NCBI GenBank assembly: GCA_963796055.1 | Contig: CAWCKH010000005.1 | Span: 96,001-160,000, forward strand | Origin: an uncultured delta proteobacterium | Lineage (GTDB): Bacteria; Myxococcota; Myxococcia; Myxococcales; Myxococcaceae | Direction: 5' to 3' | DNA: 64,000 nucleotides | Part shown: in pieces, positions 1-9,573 of the stretch | How the letters are laid out: every line of letters starts with the position of its first letter | Numbering within the stretch: the stretch's first letter is position 1 | Program-made: the position numbers and the translations under genes | Notes under the pieces: generated by a model | Databases searched by the model: none | The model's input: the letters and a program-made list of their open reading frames with translations, nothing else | What the model was told of the DNA's origin: nothing

Positions 1-1095
1 CCGCGCGAGCTGCGCGGCGGCTTCGCGGTGGGAGCGCAGCGCGCGCGCCTGTCGGGCCGCGGCCACTGCGTACTCGAGCACCGCCGGCGCGTCCGCCGCG
101 CCCGCTGCATGGTGCGAGAGCCGGGCGAGCTCCACCTGCCCATGCGCACCGGACCGGAGCGCCTGTAGCAGCTCGCCGTGGAGCGCGCGCTCGCGTCCGG
201 GCGGGAGCAAGGAGAGGATCGCCTGCCGGACGATCTCGTGGCGGAAGCCGACGCGGGAGGGCCCGGCATCGAGGAGACCAGCGGTGACGGCGGACTCGAG
301 CGACAGCGCTCGCCCGAGCACCCGCTCCAGCACCGGCAGCTCCGCCGAGGTCCCCGCGACGGCCGCCACCTCCAGCGTCCGCCGCGCCGCCAGGGGCAGC
401 CGACCCACCCGCGCGAGCACGGCGTCGAGCACGTTGTGTGGAACCGATGCTCCGCGTCCGGCGACCAGCTCGGTGACGAAGAACGCGTTCCCTCCGGTGC
501 GTCGATGTAGCTCGACCGCGTCGAGCCCGGTACCGGAGGCCATCGTCCGGACCGCCTCCACCGACAGCGCCTCCACCGGGATGCGCTGGAGTACCCCCGA
601 GCTGGCCACGTCCCCCAGCGCGACGCGGAGGGGATGGGCCGGCCCGACCTCGTCCTCGCGCATCGTCACGACCACCAGGGCACCCGTGGACTCCACCCGG
701 CGGGCGAGGAATCGCAAGAGGTCGATGGTCGCCGCGTCCGCCCAGTGGGCGTCCTCGATGACCAGCAAGGTTGGACGGATCCGTCGCAGCTCGGCCAGGA
801 CAGCCCCGAAGAGCTCCTCGCGCCGGGCCGACGTCTCGAGCAGCGTCCGGAGTCCCGGGGCGGCCGCCACCACGTCCCGTAGCGGCCCGAGCGGCCGCGG
901 GGTGGAGAGCGAGTCGCAGGCGCCGATGAGGACGCGGCGGCCGGCTGGCCCCCGCGCGACGAACGCCCGGACCAGGCTGGTCTTGCCCGCGCCGGCCTCG
1001 CCGCCCACGAGCGCCAGCCGACCCCGTCCGCGCTCCGCCTCCGCGCACGCTGCAGAGAGCGCGGCCAGGGCACCTTCACGCTCCAGGAGCAGCAT
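1..1095 (-). CDS. AAA-ATPase-domain (MalT/LuxR 'LAL'-type) transcriptional regulator, N-terminal part; runs off the left edge
   Basis: Not in the ORF track. Manual translation from ATG at 1095 gives MLLLEREGALAAL..., Walker A GGEAGAGKTSLV, GACDSLSTPRPLGPL, Walker B LLVIEDAHWADAATID, TGGNAFFVT and GFRHEI. The expected C-terminal HTH is outside the window. Confidence 0.85.
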   Translation of the reverse strand, partial: MLLLEREGALAALSAACAEAERGRGRLALVGGEAGAGKTSLVRAFVARGPAGRRVLIGACDSLSTPRPLGPLRDVVAAAPGLRTLLETSARREELFGAVLAELRRIRPTLLVIEDAHWADAATIDLLRFLARRVESTGALVVVTMREDEVGPAHPLRVALGDVASSGVLQRIPVEALSVEAVRTMASGTGLDAVELHRRTGGNAFFVTELVAGRGASVPHNVLDAVLARVGRLPLAARRTLEVAAVAGTSAELPVLERVLGRALSLESAVTAGLLDAGPSRVGFRHEIVRQAILSLLPPGRERALHGELLQALRSGAHGQVELARLSHHAAGAADAPAVLEYAVAAARQARALRSHREAAAQLAR

Positions 1096-1120
1096 CCTGG
1101 GCGCGCAGGGTACTCCTCCG

Positions 1121-1489
1121 TCAGAAGCTCAGCGAGGCCGCCCCGGCCAGCAGTTGCTCGTGGATGACGCTCGAGCCGGCGATCTCCGTGCCCTCGATGA
1201 GGTCTTGCTGGGTGTACCCGCGCGACTTCACGCAGGGCGTGCAGGCCACGAGGCGGCCGCCCCTGCGGAGGAAGTCCTTGACCAGCGCGGCGAGGGGATC
1301 GAGCGGCGGGACGTGGGTCGTGTCGATCGCCCGGCGGCGCGCGAGGTCCACCGCCGAGCTGGTCAGAAACACGGTCACCTTCCTGAATCCGGTGGTCATC
1401 CCGCCGTTGGCGATGGTGAAGCCGACCGAGGACAGCTCGTGATCGGTTCCCTTCGTCATCAACACCACCAGCTCACGTTGCTCGGACAT
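1121..1489 (-). CDS. DsrE/DsrF-like family protein
   Basis: 122 aa with LVVLMTKG, VTVFLTSSAVDL, LVACTPCVKSRG, IEGTEIAG and terminal SLSF, typical of DsrE-like small proteins. Confidence 0.8.
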   Translation of the reverse strand: MSEQRELVVLMTKGTDHELSSVGFTIANGGMTTGFRKVTVFLTSSAVDLARRRAIDTTHVPPLDPLAALVKDFLRRGGRLVACTPCVKSRGYTQQDLIEGTEIAGSSVIHEQLLAGAASLSF

Positions 1490-1551
1490 GGGGCACCCCT
1501 GAAGTTTGGATGTTGCAGGGGGGCAGCGTGTCGGCGGTGAGGTCCGGGCAC

Positions 1552-1569
1552 ATGGGGAGGATTCCCCAT
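1552..1569. promoter_or_regulatory. Palindromic operator candidate ATGGGGA-N4-TCCCCAT upstream of the dsrE-like/LAL-regulator genes
   Basis: Perfect 7-bp inverted repeat in the intergenic region, about 60 nt upstream of the DsrE start. Confidence 0.5.
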
Positions 1570-1602
1570 CTTTCGAGGCGCCACGGGCCCGTCAGCCCCG
1601 GC

Positions 1603-2109
1603 TCAGGCCGCGGCGCCGGCCATGGCCGGCGGCCCCCCGCGTCCGAGGAAGCGGCGGGCGGCGAGAGCGATGGGCAGCCCCACCAGCAGGGCGTGACCGA
1701 TGACGCCGTTCAGGACCAGCGGGAGCGGGGGCATCGAGGGGGGGATGCGCGACAGAGGGATGACCCCGAAGCCCATCACCACCCACACCACGACCCCGAA
1801 GGCCAGACCCCACCCCACCGCGTCGCGCCGGAGCCGGGGGAGCCGCTCGCTGGCCAGCACGAACACCGCCGCGGCGGTGAAGGCGATGAGGAAGTGAATC
1901 GCCAGTCCGAACAGCGCGGTCCCTCCCCCTCCGGCGAAGGCCGCCTGCCCCATCAGCCCGCTAGCGACGAACTGGTAGATGGCCACCGGCTTCATCCCGA
2001 ACGCCAGGCCGTAGGCGACGATCGCGTTCACTCCATCCAGCACCGCCACCGCCAGCCCTCCGGCGACGATGGCCTGCACACGCCCACTGCTTCGCACGTT
2101 GTTCTCCAT
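1603..2109 (-). CDS. Integral membrane protein, about 4 TM helices (DUF1440-like)
   Basis: Hydrophobic ORF with IYQFVASGLMG, GLAIHFLIAF, GFGVIPLS and GHALLVGLPIA. ATG at 2109 is preceded by GGAGG. Confidence 0.7.
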   Translation of the reverse strand: MENNVRSSGRVQAIVAGGLAVAVLDGVNAIVAYGLAFGMKPVAIYQFVASGLMGQAAFAGGGGTALFGLAIHFLIAFTAAAVFVLASERLPRLRRDAVGWGLAFGVVVWVVMGFGVIPLSRIPPSMPPLPLVLNGVIGHALLVGLPIALAARRFLGRGGPPAMAGAAA

Positions 2110-2176
2110 GAAGACCTCCACGACGGGTTTGCCACCTCAGATGCCTCCGGGGCATCCTCGGCGACGACAAATGACT

Positions 2177-2192
2177 GTTCTTGGAGGAGAAC
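2177..2192. promoter_or_regulatory. Putative LysR recognition site (GTTC-N8-GAAC, containing T-N11-A)
   Basis: Inverted repeat between the divergent LysR gene and membrane-protein gene, overlapping the LysR RBS. Confidence 0.4.
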
Positions 2193-2193
2193 G

Positions 2194-3120
2194 ATGATCC
2201 CCATTGATCAGGTCGGGTCCCTGGCCCTCTTCGCCCGGGTGGTGCACCACCGCTCGTTCTCCGCCGCCGCCCGGGAGGCAGGCCTGGCCAAGTCGGCGGT
2301 GAGCCGGCGCATCGCCGAGCTGGAGCAGGCGCTGGGGGTGCGGTTGCTCCACCGGACCACCCGGAGCCTCTCGCTGACCGAGGAAGGAGTCCGGGTCCAG
2401 GAGCACGCCCGGGCGCTGGTGACCGCCGCCGACTCGGCGCAGCAGGTGGCGGGGCTCGCCACCGGCGCGGTCCGCGGAACCCTCCGGCTCAACGCCACCG
2501 TGGCCTTCGCCCAGCTCTACCTGGTCCGGGCGCTGACCGAGTTCCTCGCCCTGCACCCGGAGGTGGAGGTGCACCTCTCGACCGACAACCGGCTGGTGGA
2601 TGTGGTGGAGGGAGGATACGACGTGGTGTTCCGCATCGGCCGGTTGACCGACTCGAGCCTGGTGGCGCGGCGCCTGGCCACCGACCGGATGGTCATCTGC
2701 GCCGCTCCCGCCTACCTGGCGCGCGCCGGCATTCCACGTTCACCGGCCGACCTCGTCCAGCACGCCTGCCTTCACTACATGCTCGTGCCGCGCGCCGCCG
2801 AGTGGAGGTTCCGGCGAGGTGCGCGGAACGTCGAGGTCTCCACCCGCGGCCCGTTCTCCTGCGATGACGGCCTGGCGATGCGGCAGGCGCTCCTGGCCGG
2901 AGCGGGCCTGGGGACCGTCCCCTCGATGCTGGTCGCGGAGGACGTCGCGGCAGGCCGGCTCCAGCTCGTGCTCGAGGGAGCCCGACGCTTCGAGTTCGGC
3001 GTCCACGCCCTCACCGCGCACCGCACCCACGCCCCGCCGCGGGTCCGGGCGCTGCTCGACTTCCTGGTGGCGCACTTCCGGGTCAACGGGCCCCGGGCCC
3101 TCCCCCCGCACCCGGCGTGA
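2194..3120 (+). CDS. LysR-family transcriptional regulator (CrgA/DmlR-like)
   Basis: HTH FARVVHHRSFSAAAREAGLAKSAVSRRIAELEQALGVRLLHRTTRSLSLTEEG plus substrate-binding domain. RBS GGAGGAG before ATG 2194. Confidence 0.93.
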   Translation: MIPIDQVGSLALFARVVHHRSFSAAAREAGLAKSAVSRRIAELEQALGVRLLHRTTRSLSLTEEGVRVQEHARALVTAADSAQQVAGLATGAVRGTLRLNATVAFAQLYLVRALTEFLALHPEVEVHLSTDNRLVDVVEGGYDVVFRIGRLTDSSLVARRLATDRMVICAAPAYLARAGIPRSPADLVQHACLHYMLVPRAAEWRFRRGARNVEVSTRGPFSCDDGLAMRQALLAGAGLGTVPSMLVAEDVAAGRLQLVLEGARRFEFGVHALTAHRTHAPPRVRALLDFLVAHFRVNGPRALPPHPA

Positions 3121-3171
3121 AGGCCTCCCCGCCGGCGACCCCTTTTCTCCCGGCCCTGGCTCTCAGCTGGC

Positions 3172-3375
3172 ATGACCATCGAAGGTGCGGTCCGCGTCCT
3201 CGCCGGAAGCTTCGTCCTGCTCGGGGCACTGCTCTCGTGGTGGGTGAGCCCCTGGTGGCTTCTCCTCGACGTGTTCGTCGGGCTCAACCTCATCCAGTCC
3301 GTCTTCACTGGCTTCTGCCCGGCGGAAATGATCTTCCGGCGCCTCGGTCTCCGGACCGCAACCGGCCGAGCCTGA
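3172..3375 (+). CDS. DUF2892 / YgaP-like small membrane protein
   Basis: VRVLAGSFVLLG...VGLNLIQSVFTGFCPAEMIFRRLG with the conserved GFCP motif. Confidence 0.85.
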   Translation: MTIEGAVRVLAGSFVLLGALLSWWVSPWWLLLDVFVGLNLIQSVFTGFCPAEMIFRRLGLRTATGRA

Positions 3376-3443
3376 CCTTCGAGACGACCGTACCAGTCCG
3401 TGGACTTCAGCCCACGCCCGGTCTTCGCTAGGGTGTTCGCCCC

Positions 3444-4193
3444 ATGTCGAGGCCGCCGGGGGAAAATCCGAGCCCCCCGCTCTTCCAGATCCGCGAACCG
3501 CCCCGGCGGTTCCTGGGGCCGTTCCTCCTGGTGGCCGCCCTCCACGCGGGCCTCCTCGTCTGGACAGGCCAGATGCGTCCTCCCCCCGCGAAGCCTGCAG
3601 CCGAGCCGGTCGAGATCGTCCTGCGGCTCCCGCCCCGGAAGGTCGCGGTGAACGAGCCTCCGGGGGGCGGGCCCAGGCGGCCGCCGCCCCCCGCCCACCG
3701 TCCCAAGGCCCGGCGCCTCCGCCCCCCCAAGGTCATTCCCCCGCCGGTGGTGGAGGAGCCGCCTCCCCCGATTCCCGACCCTCCGAAGGTCGCCGAGGCG
3801 GAGGAGGCCGGAGACGAGGACGACGGGGACGGCGATCCGGACGCCTTGCCGGGCCTCGGGGGAGGCGGTGGCACGGGCACCGGGAGCGGGCCCGGGGTCG
3901 GTCCCGGGCACGGGAGCGTGACGTCGAAGGCCCGCCAGGCCTGGCTCAGCCACACCGACTGGCGCTGCCGCCGCCCCGGCTACGACGAGCTCGGACGGAT
4001 CGTGGTGCGGATCCGGGTGGACGTGCTGGCCGATGGCAAGCCCAAGCAGGTTCGGGTGGTGAAGCCCGGTCCCGAGGAGTTCAACCGGCGGGCCGTCGAC
4101 TGCGCCCTCGACGAGACCTACCTGCCCGCGCTCGACCCCGACGGACGCCCCATCCCCGGCGATTGCGAGTTCAGCATCGAGTTCCTGAACTGA
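3444..4193 (+). CDS. TonB-family energy-transducer-like protein
   Basis: N-terminal TM with ALH, Pro-rich then acidic/Gly-rich linker, and C-terminal [23 protein letters not shown]...[12 protein letters not shown] (TonB_C-like). Confidence 0.75.
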   Translation: MSRPPGENPSPPLFQIREPPRRFLGPFLLVAALHAGLLVWTGQMRPPPAKPAAEPVEIVLRLPPRKVAVNEPPGGGPRRPPPPAHRPKARRLRPPKVIPPPVVEEPPPPIPDPPKVAEAEEAGDEDDGDGDPDALPGLGGGGGTGTGSGPGVGPGHGSVTSKARQAWLSHTDWRCRRPGYDELGRIVVRIRVDVLADGKPKQVRVVKPGPEEFNRRAVDCALDETYLPALDPDGRPIPGDCEFSIEFLN

Positions 4194-4288
4194 GCTGATG
4201 TCGTCGCCCGGGGCGTTGCCCTCCCGGGAACAGCACGTTCCACTGCTCGAGTGGTGCGCCGGGAGTGCCGCGGCCGTAAAGGTGATTC

Positions 4289-4852
4289 ATGACACGGATC
4301 GCGATCATCATCGGCAGCACCCGGCCCGGGCGGAAGGGCGAGGCCGTCGCCCGCTACGTGCTGGACATCGCCCGGAAGCGGAACGACGCCGAGTACGCGC
4401 TGGTGGACATCGCGGAGTACAACCTGCCGCACCTCGACGAGCCGGTTCCCCCTTCCATGGGCCAGTACAGCAAGGCCCACACCCTGGCCTGGGCGAAGAC
4501 GATCGACGCCTTCGACGGCTACGTCTTCGTCACCCCCGAGTACAACCACTCGACCTCGGCTGCGCTGAAGAACGCGATCGATTTCCTGTTCAAGGAATGG
4601 AACAACAAGGCAGCCGGCTTCGTGAGCTACGGCAGCGCCGGCGGCGCCCGGGCAGTGGAGCACCTGCGGCTGGTGATGGCGGAGCTGATGGTGGCCACCG
4701 TCCGCGCCCAGGCGATGTTCTCGCTGTTCACCGACTTCGAGGCCTTCACCGTCTTCAAGCCCCACCCCCACCACGAGAAGGCGGTGAACGCCATGCTCGA
4801 GCAGGTCGTGTCCTGGGCCGGGGCCCTGAAGACGGTGCGCAAGAAGGCCTGA
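4289..4852 (+). CDS. NADPH-dependent FMN reductase
   Basis: [27 protein letters not shown] and [11 protein letters not shown] motifs. Confidence 0.93.
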   Translation: MTRIAIIIGSTRPGRKGEAVARYVLDIARKRNDAEYALVDIAEYNLPHLDEPVPPSMGQYSKAHTLAWAKTIDAFDGYVFVTPEYNHSTSAALKNAIDFLFKEWNNKAAGFVSYGSAGGARAVEHLRLVMAELMVATVRAQAMFSLFTDFEAFTVFKPHPHHEKAVNAMLEQVVSWAGALKTVRKKA

Positions 4853-4911
4853 ATGGCGCAAGATTGTCCAAGTCCCCACGGGGAACTCCGGACAGGCTCC
4901 GGCGACTGCCC

Positions 4912-5775
4912 ATGAGCGCCCATCTCCACGCCACACCGCTGCTGGTCGGCGACGAGCTGTCGGTGTTCGACGTCCACTGCTCGGCAGGTCCCCAGGACGC
5001 GGCGCCACCCGAGGTGCACCGTTCCTTCGTGCTGGCCTACGTCCGGACGGGGAGCTTCGCCGTCCGCACCGAGCGCGGGGCGCACCAGCTCGTCCCGGGC
5101 GGGTTCATGACCGGTGCCCCCGGCGAAGTGTACGCCTGCAGTCACGAGCAAGGAGGCGGCGACACCTGCCTCGCCCTTCACCTCTCGCCCGCGCTGGTGG
5201 ACGCGCTGGGCGGCGAGCGTGCCGCCGCTGGCTGGCACGCCGGTGGCCTCGCACCCGAGCCCGAGCTGGGGATGCTCGCCGCGCTGGGGCTGGCGGCGGC
5301 CAAGGGCGGCACCGACGTCTCGCTCGAGGAGGCGGCGCTGCTGCTGGTGGACCGCTTCCTCGCCCGGGGCGGGGCCTCGCGACCGGCCTGGGCACCGCGG
5401 CTGGTCGACCGCCGGCGGGCGGTGGAGACGGCACTGTGGGTCGAGGCCCACGCCGACCAGCCGGTGCAGCTGGCCACCTTGGCACGTCGGGCGGGCCTGA
5501 GCGCCTTCCACTTCCTCCGCCTCTTCAGCCGGGTCCTCGGGGTGACCCCGCACCAGTACCTGGTGGCGGCCCGGCTCCGTCGCGCGGCGCGCCTCCTGGC
5601 CAATCCGGCGCGCCCGGTGACCGACGTGGCGTTCGAGGTCGGCTTCGGGGATCTCTCGCACTTCGTCCGGACCTTCCGCCGGGCCGCCGGCGTGTCTCCC
5701 GGGCGTTTCCGGCGCCTCGCGCGCGCCGAGCGCAAGTTCCTCCAAGCGAGGCTGGACTCGGCCCGGGCAGGATGA
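4912..5775 (+). CDS. AraC-family transcriptional regulator
   Basis: C-terminal double [22 protein letters not shown]...[25 protein letters not shown] with a cupin-like N-terminus. Start chosen at ATG 4912. Confidence 0.9.
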   Translation: MSAHLHATPLLVGDELSVFDVHCSAGPQDAAPPEVHRSFVLAYVRTGSFAVRTERGAHQLVPGGFMTGAPGEVYACSHEQGGGDTCLALHLSPALVDALGGERAAAGWHAGGLAPEPELGMLAALGLAAAKGGTDVSLEEAALLLVDRFLARGGASRPAWAPRLVDRRRAVETALWVEAHADQPVQLATLARRAGLSAFHFLRLFSRVLGVTPHQYLVAARLRRAARLLANPARPVTDVAFEVGFGDLSHFVRTFRRAAGVSPGRFRRLARAERKFLQARLDSARAG

Positions 5776-6143
5776 TCTCCATGTTCGATCACCTTGGCCT
5801 CAGGACCTCCCGCCTCGATGCCGCCATCCGCTTCTACGAGGCCGCGCTCGCGCCGCTCGGGCACCGGCTCGCCTCGCGCGACGAGCAGGGAGCCGGGCTG
5901 GGCCCGCCAGATGCACCGGCGCTGTGGCTGTCCCGCGTCACCGGCCAGTCGGGCTCGAGCGTCCACCTCGCCTTCGCCGCCCCCGACCGGCAAGCGGTCG
6001 ACCGGTTTCACGCTGCGGGTCTCGCGGCGGGGGGCAGGGACAACGGTGCGCCGGGCGCGCGTCCCGACTACGGCCCGCGGTATTACGCGGCCTTCCTGCT
6101 CGACCCCGACGGGAATAACGTCGAGGCGGTCTGCCTGAAGTAG
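5772..6143 (+). CDS. VOC/glyoxalase family protein
   Basis: [24 protein letters not shown] and [22 protein letters not shown] overlap with the AraC stop (alternative start 5781). Confidence 0.9.
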   Translation: MISMFDHLGLRTSRLDAAIRFYEAALAPLGHRLASRDEQGAGLGPPDAPALWLSRVTGQSGSSVHLAFAAPDRQAVDRFHAAGLAAGGRDNGAPGARPDYGPRYYAAFLLDPDGNNVEAVCLK

Positions 6144-6191
6144 CCCGGTCAGGCGAGCGCCGCCCAGCGTTCCGCGCTAAGAGCGGCAGGG

Positions 6192-6581
6192 GTGAGCGGG
6201 AGGGAGACGCCAGTCCGGGGCAGTGTGGTTGTCGCCGACGACGACCGCGAGCTCCGCGAGGGGCTGGTCGACGTGCTCGAGCACGAGGGCTTTCGCGTGC
6301 TCGAGGCGGCGGACGGCCCGGCAGCGGTGGAAGCGGTGCTCGGCGCGCCTCGCCCCTGCCTGATGCTGCTCGACCTGGTCCTGCCCCGCTACTCCGGGCT
6401 CGAGGTTCTCGCCCGTCTGGAGCGGGAGAGGCCCGAGCGGGTGCGTGTCTTCCTGATGACCGGCCAGACGCCGGCCCCGGAGCTCCCACCGGGTTCCATC
6501 GTGGCGGACGTGCTCATCAAGCCCTTCACCCTCGACGCGCTGCTGGTGCGCATCCGGAAATTCCTCGCCGAGGCGGGCTGA
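6192..6581 (+). CDS. Single-domain response regulator (receiver)
   Basis: VVVADDD, LLDLVLP (phosphoacceptor D), MTG and IKPF motifs. Confidence 0.85.
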   Translation: MSGRETPVRGSVVVADDDRELREGLVDVLEHEGFRVLEAADGPAAVEAVLGAPRPCLMLLDLVLPRYSGLEVLARLERERPERVRVFLMTGQTPAPELPPGSIVADVLIKPFTLDALLVRIRKFLAEAG

Positions 6582-6600
6582 CCCAGGTTCGTCGCTGGTT

Positions 6601-9573
6601 CTAGCCCCGGCCCCGCGGGCGGCGCCGCCACGCACCCCAGGCGAGCAGCAGCGCCAGCGCCGGGAGCAGCGCCGCGCTCCCGCTCGTGCTCCGGCAGGCG
6701 CAGCCCCCGCTCACCTCCCCTCCTTGCGTGAGCGGGGCCGAGGCCTGGGCGGTCTTCATCAGCACCGGGGTGGCGCGCCCGGTCGCCTCCCAGATGGCGT
6801 GGAGGGCGTCGCCCGTGCCATCGGTCAGGTTCGCCGCGGCGAGCGCCTCCACGTACTCGCGGGTGGTCGGCTGGTAGAAGAGCCGCGCCTCCACCGTGGT
6901 GCTCCCCGCGGCGAGCGCGGAGGCCGGGAAGGTGACCCGGTACGTCCAGTCCACCGCGCCCATCGCACCACCGTCCGCGTCGCGGAGGAAGCTGATTCCC
7001 ACCGGTGCGGTGTCCTGGTCGGGGCGGAAACCCAGTGGCTCGATGCGGGTGTCCTTGAGGATGGTGTCGTGCAGCGCCAGGTGGTCCAGCCCACCGTCGC
7101 TGCGCGCGTGCACCGCCTCGAACACGGCCAGCTGCGAGTCGGAGAGCAGCAGGCCCGCGTCGCCGTCGTAGGCGCCGCTCACCACCTGGCCGTCGACCCG
7201 CAGCTCGAGGAAGACCCGCCGGCCGTCGGCATAGCCAGTGGGCAGCTTGTGCCCGGTCCGGTTGAAGACCCGGACCTTCACCTCCACCTCGGTCTCCACC
7301 GGGATGGCGCCACCGGGAAGGGTGATCTGCACCTCCGCGGCGCCGCCGAGGTTGTCCAGCGCCGCCGCGCGGTTCGCGGCGAAGGCGGCGTCCAGACCCG
7401 CGAGCTGGCCGGAAGCGGCGGCAGCACGGACCGCATCGAGCCCCCACACGTTGCCGCCGACGAAGGCGTGGCGGCTCGGCGTCTGCCGGGCAGGGCCGTC
7501 CTTGGCCACCGGGAGGCTCTGCGTCTCGCGCAGCATGTGACAGGACTGGCAAGTCTTCGGGGAGGCGCCGCTGGAGTACGCGGACTGGAGCCACTCGGAG
7601 TAGGTGGTGTCGAGCGGGAAGGCCCGCTGCGTCCCGGCGCGTTTCAGGATTGGGTTGCGCACCTCGTGGCACTGGCCGCAGAGGCTGCTCTGGCTGACCG
7701 CCGGATCCTGCACTCCGGTGTGCGCCGGGCTGTCCACGTTGGGGTAGGGCCCGAAGACGGTGAAGCTGGGCTCGAAGGTGAGCTGGGCGTTGCCGATCAC
7801 CCCGGCATCGGTGCGGGTGCGGTGGCAGGCCTCGCAGCTGACGCCGGCGCGGTCCACCGCGTCGAGCGCGCTCCCGTTCGGAGGTAGCCCGTGGCCCTGG
7901 ACGTAGGAGGTGGGCGAGTGGCAACGCAGGCACCACTGCCCGATGCCCAGCACGTCCTGGTTCGCGACGCTGAGCGCGGCCTGGTAGAGCGGGTCGCGGA
8001 CCGCGTTGGCCATCATCGTCGCCGCCCAGCTGTCCCAGGGCATGTACGGGGTGCCGGCGTCGACCGACGCGCTGGCGTGGCAGAGCTGGCAGGTGTCCGG
8101 CCCCTGGAACGGCGCGCCGCCGGCGAGACCTCCCGGCGGGGTGCCGCCGCCGAAGTCGATGGGTCCGGCGTCGAGCGGTGGCCCGGCGTCGGGCCGCGGT
8201 CCGGCGTCGGGCGCTCCCGCATCCGGACGGCCCGCGTCGGGCGCTCCCGCATCCGGACGGCCCGCGTCGGGCCTACCGGCGTCCGGAACTCCTGCGTCCA
8301 CGCCCGGACGGGGGGAGACGAGGAGGATGCTGCCCTCGACGCGTGAGACGTAGAGGTTTCCGTCCGGACCGACGAGGAAGCGCGTCACGGTGCCGAAGCC
8401 GGTGCCGAAGTCAGCCCGCGGGCTGGCCACGAACCCGTCCCGGTTCGCGTTGGGGGTCAGGGTCCAGACGTTGCCGTTGGCGTTGTCGCCGAAGAAGTAG
8501 CGCCCCCGGTACGGCGCGGGGAAGCTGGCGCTGTCCACGAAGACGCCGCCGGTGATGCTCTGGCAGTTCCCGTCGTTGTTCCCCAGGGCGCCAGCGTGCT
8601 CGCAGAAGTACGCCGGGTCCACGCAGTCGGCGCCGACGCCGTTGGGGCCGAGCGGGTCGCATCGGGTGACCGGATGGCCAAACGCGCCCTCGCGGTAGGG
8701 CCAGCCGTAGTGCTGGCCCTTGCGGACCAGGTCGATCTCCTCGTAGCTGACCTCGCCGACGTCGCCGACCCAGAGGAAGCCGGTCTGTGGGTCGAAGGCG
8801 AAGCGGAACGGGTTGCGAAACCCCCAGGCCCAGATCTCCGTCCTCGCGCCGGCGATGAGGGTGCCTGCGTCCGGGCCGCTGCCGCAGCTTCCGTTGCACG
8901 CCGGCACCGTGGTTCCCGGGGCGGCGAGCGGGTTGTCGTTGGGGATGGTGCCGTCGAGGTTGATGCGGAGCACCTTCCCGTTGGCCGTGGTGAGGCAGGT
9001 CCCGATGTAGTTGCCGATGTTTCCGCCGGGAGGGAGGCCGGTGTTGCAGCCGGTGTCGCCGACGCCGACGTAGAGCTTGCCGTCGGGCCCGATGGCCAGC
9101 GCCCCGCCATCGTGGTTGGCCGGGCCCTGCAGGTTCTGCAGCAGCACCGTCACGGCCATCTGGGCCGTGCTGCAGGAGCCGGTGCACTGGAGCGTGTTGT
9201 CGGGGTTGAGCCGGACCTTGAGCACCCGGTGCTTGTTCGCGGTGGTGGGCCCGTCCGAGGCGTAGAAGTACAGGAAGGTGTTGGAGGCGAACTGGGGATC
9301 GACCTCCACCCCCAGCAGACCCTTCTCGCTGTCGAAGTCCACGCTGAAGCTGCCCGCGGTCACCACGCTGCCGTCGGTGCGGCGGACCTTCACCGCGCCG
9401 GTCTTCTCGGTCATCACCACCCGGCCGTCGGGGAGAAAACGGAAATCGGTGATCTGCCCCTGCCCCGAGACGTACGTCCCCACCTGGAAGGTGCTCGCCG
9501 GGCCGCCGGTGGTGAGCGTCTGGGCGGTTGCGGGGACCCAGACGAGGGTGGCCGCCAGGAGGAGCCTGCGCAT
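6601..9573 (-). CDS. Secreted glucose/sorbosone-dehydrogenase-type beta-propeller fused to a pentaheme cytochrome c domain, with MYXO-CTERM-like anchor
   Basis: Signal peptide MRRLLLAATLVWVPATAQ. Propeller motifs EKGLLG, NHDGGALAIGPDGKLYVGVGD, GKVLRIN, WGFRNPFRF and YGWP. DAG-repeat linker, five CxxCH motifs, and C-terminal GGCAC + TM + RRR. Confidence 0.85.
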   Translation of the reverse strand: MRRLLLAATLVWVPATAQTLTTGGPASTFQVGTYVSGQGQITDFRFLPDGRVVMTEKTGAVKVRRTDGSVVTAGSFSVDFDSEKGLLGVEVDPQFASNTFLYFYASDGPTTANKHRVLKVRLNPDNTLQCTGSCSTAQMAVTVLLQNLQGPANHDGGALAIGPDGKLYVGVGDTGCNTGLPPGGNIGNYIGTCLTTANGKVLRINLDGTIPNDNPLAAPGTTVPACNGSCGSGPDAGTLIAGARTEIWAWGFRNPFRFAFDPQTGFLWVGDVGEVSYEEIDLVRKGQHYGWPYREGAFGHPVTRCDPLGPNGVGADCVDPAYFCEHAGALGNNDGNCQSITGGVFVDSASFPAPYRGRYFFGDNANGNVWTLTPNANRDGFVASPRADFGTGFGTVTRFLVGPDGNLYVSRVEGSILLVSPRPGVDAGVPDAGRPDAGRPDAGAPDAGRPDAGAPDAGPRPDAGPPLDAGPIDFGGGTPPGGLAGGAPFQGPDTCQLCHASASVDAGTPYMPWDSWAATMMANAVRDPLYQAALSVANQDVLGIGQWCLRCHSPTSYVQGHGLPPNGSALDAVDRAGVSCEACHRTRTDAGVIGNAQLTFEPSFTVFGPYPNVDSPAHTGVQDPAVSQSSLCGQCHEVRNPILKRAGTQRAFPLDTTYSEWLQSAYSSGASPKTCQSCHMLRETQSLPVAKDGPARQTPSRHAFVGGNVWGLDAVRAAAASGQLAGLDAAFAANRAAALDNLGGAAEVQITLPGGAIPVETEVEVKVRVFNRTGHKLPTGYADGRRVFLELRVDGQVVSGAYDGDAGLLLSDSQLAVFEAVHARSDGGLDHLALHDTILKDTRIEPLGFRPDQDTAPVGISFLRDADGGAMGAVDWTYRVTFPASALAAGSTTVEARLFYQPTTREYVEALAAANLTDGTGDALHAIWEATGRATPVLMKTAQASAPLTQGGEVSGGCACRSTSGSAALLPALALLLAWGAWRRRPRGRG
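8204..8272. repeat. 30-bp tandem repeat (about 2.3 copies) within the PDAG-repeat linker
   Basis: Unit GCGTCGGGCGCTCCCGCATCCGGACGGCCC at 8204 and 8234, partial at 8264. The protein linker has nine DAG motifs. Confidence 0.9.

Noticed and set aside
284..1540. 418-aa plus-strand Ser/Arg-rich ORF
   Set aside because: Shadow of the minus-strand AAA regulator and DsrE genes.
8204..8272. CRISPR-like repeat
   Set aside because: Contiguous in-frame coding repeat without spacers; no cas genes.
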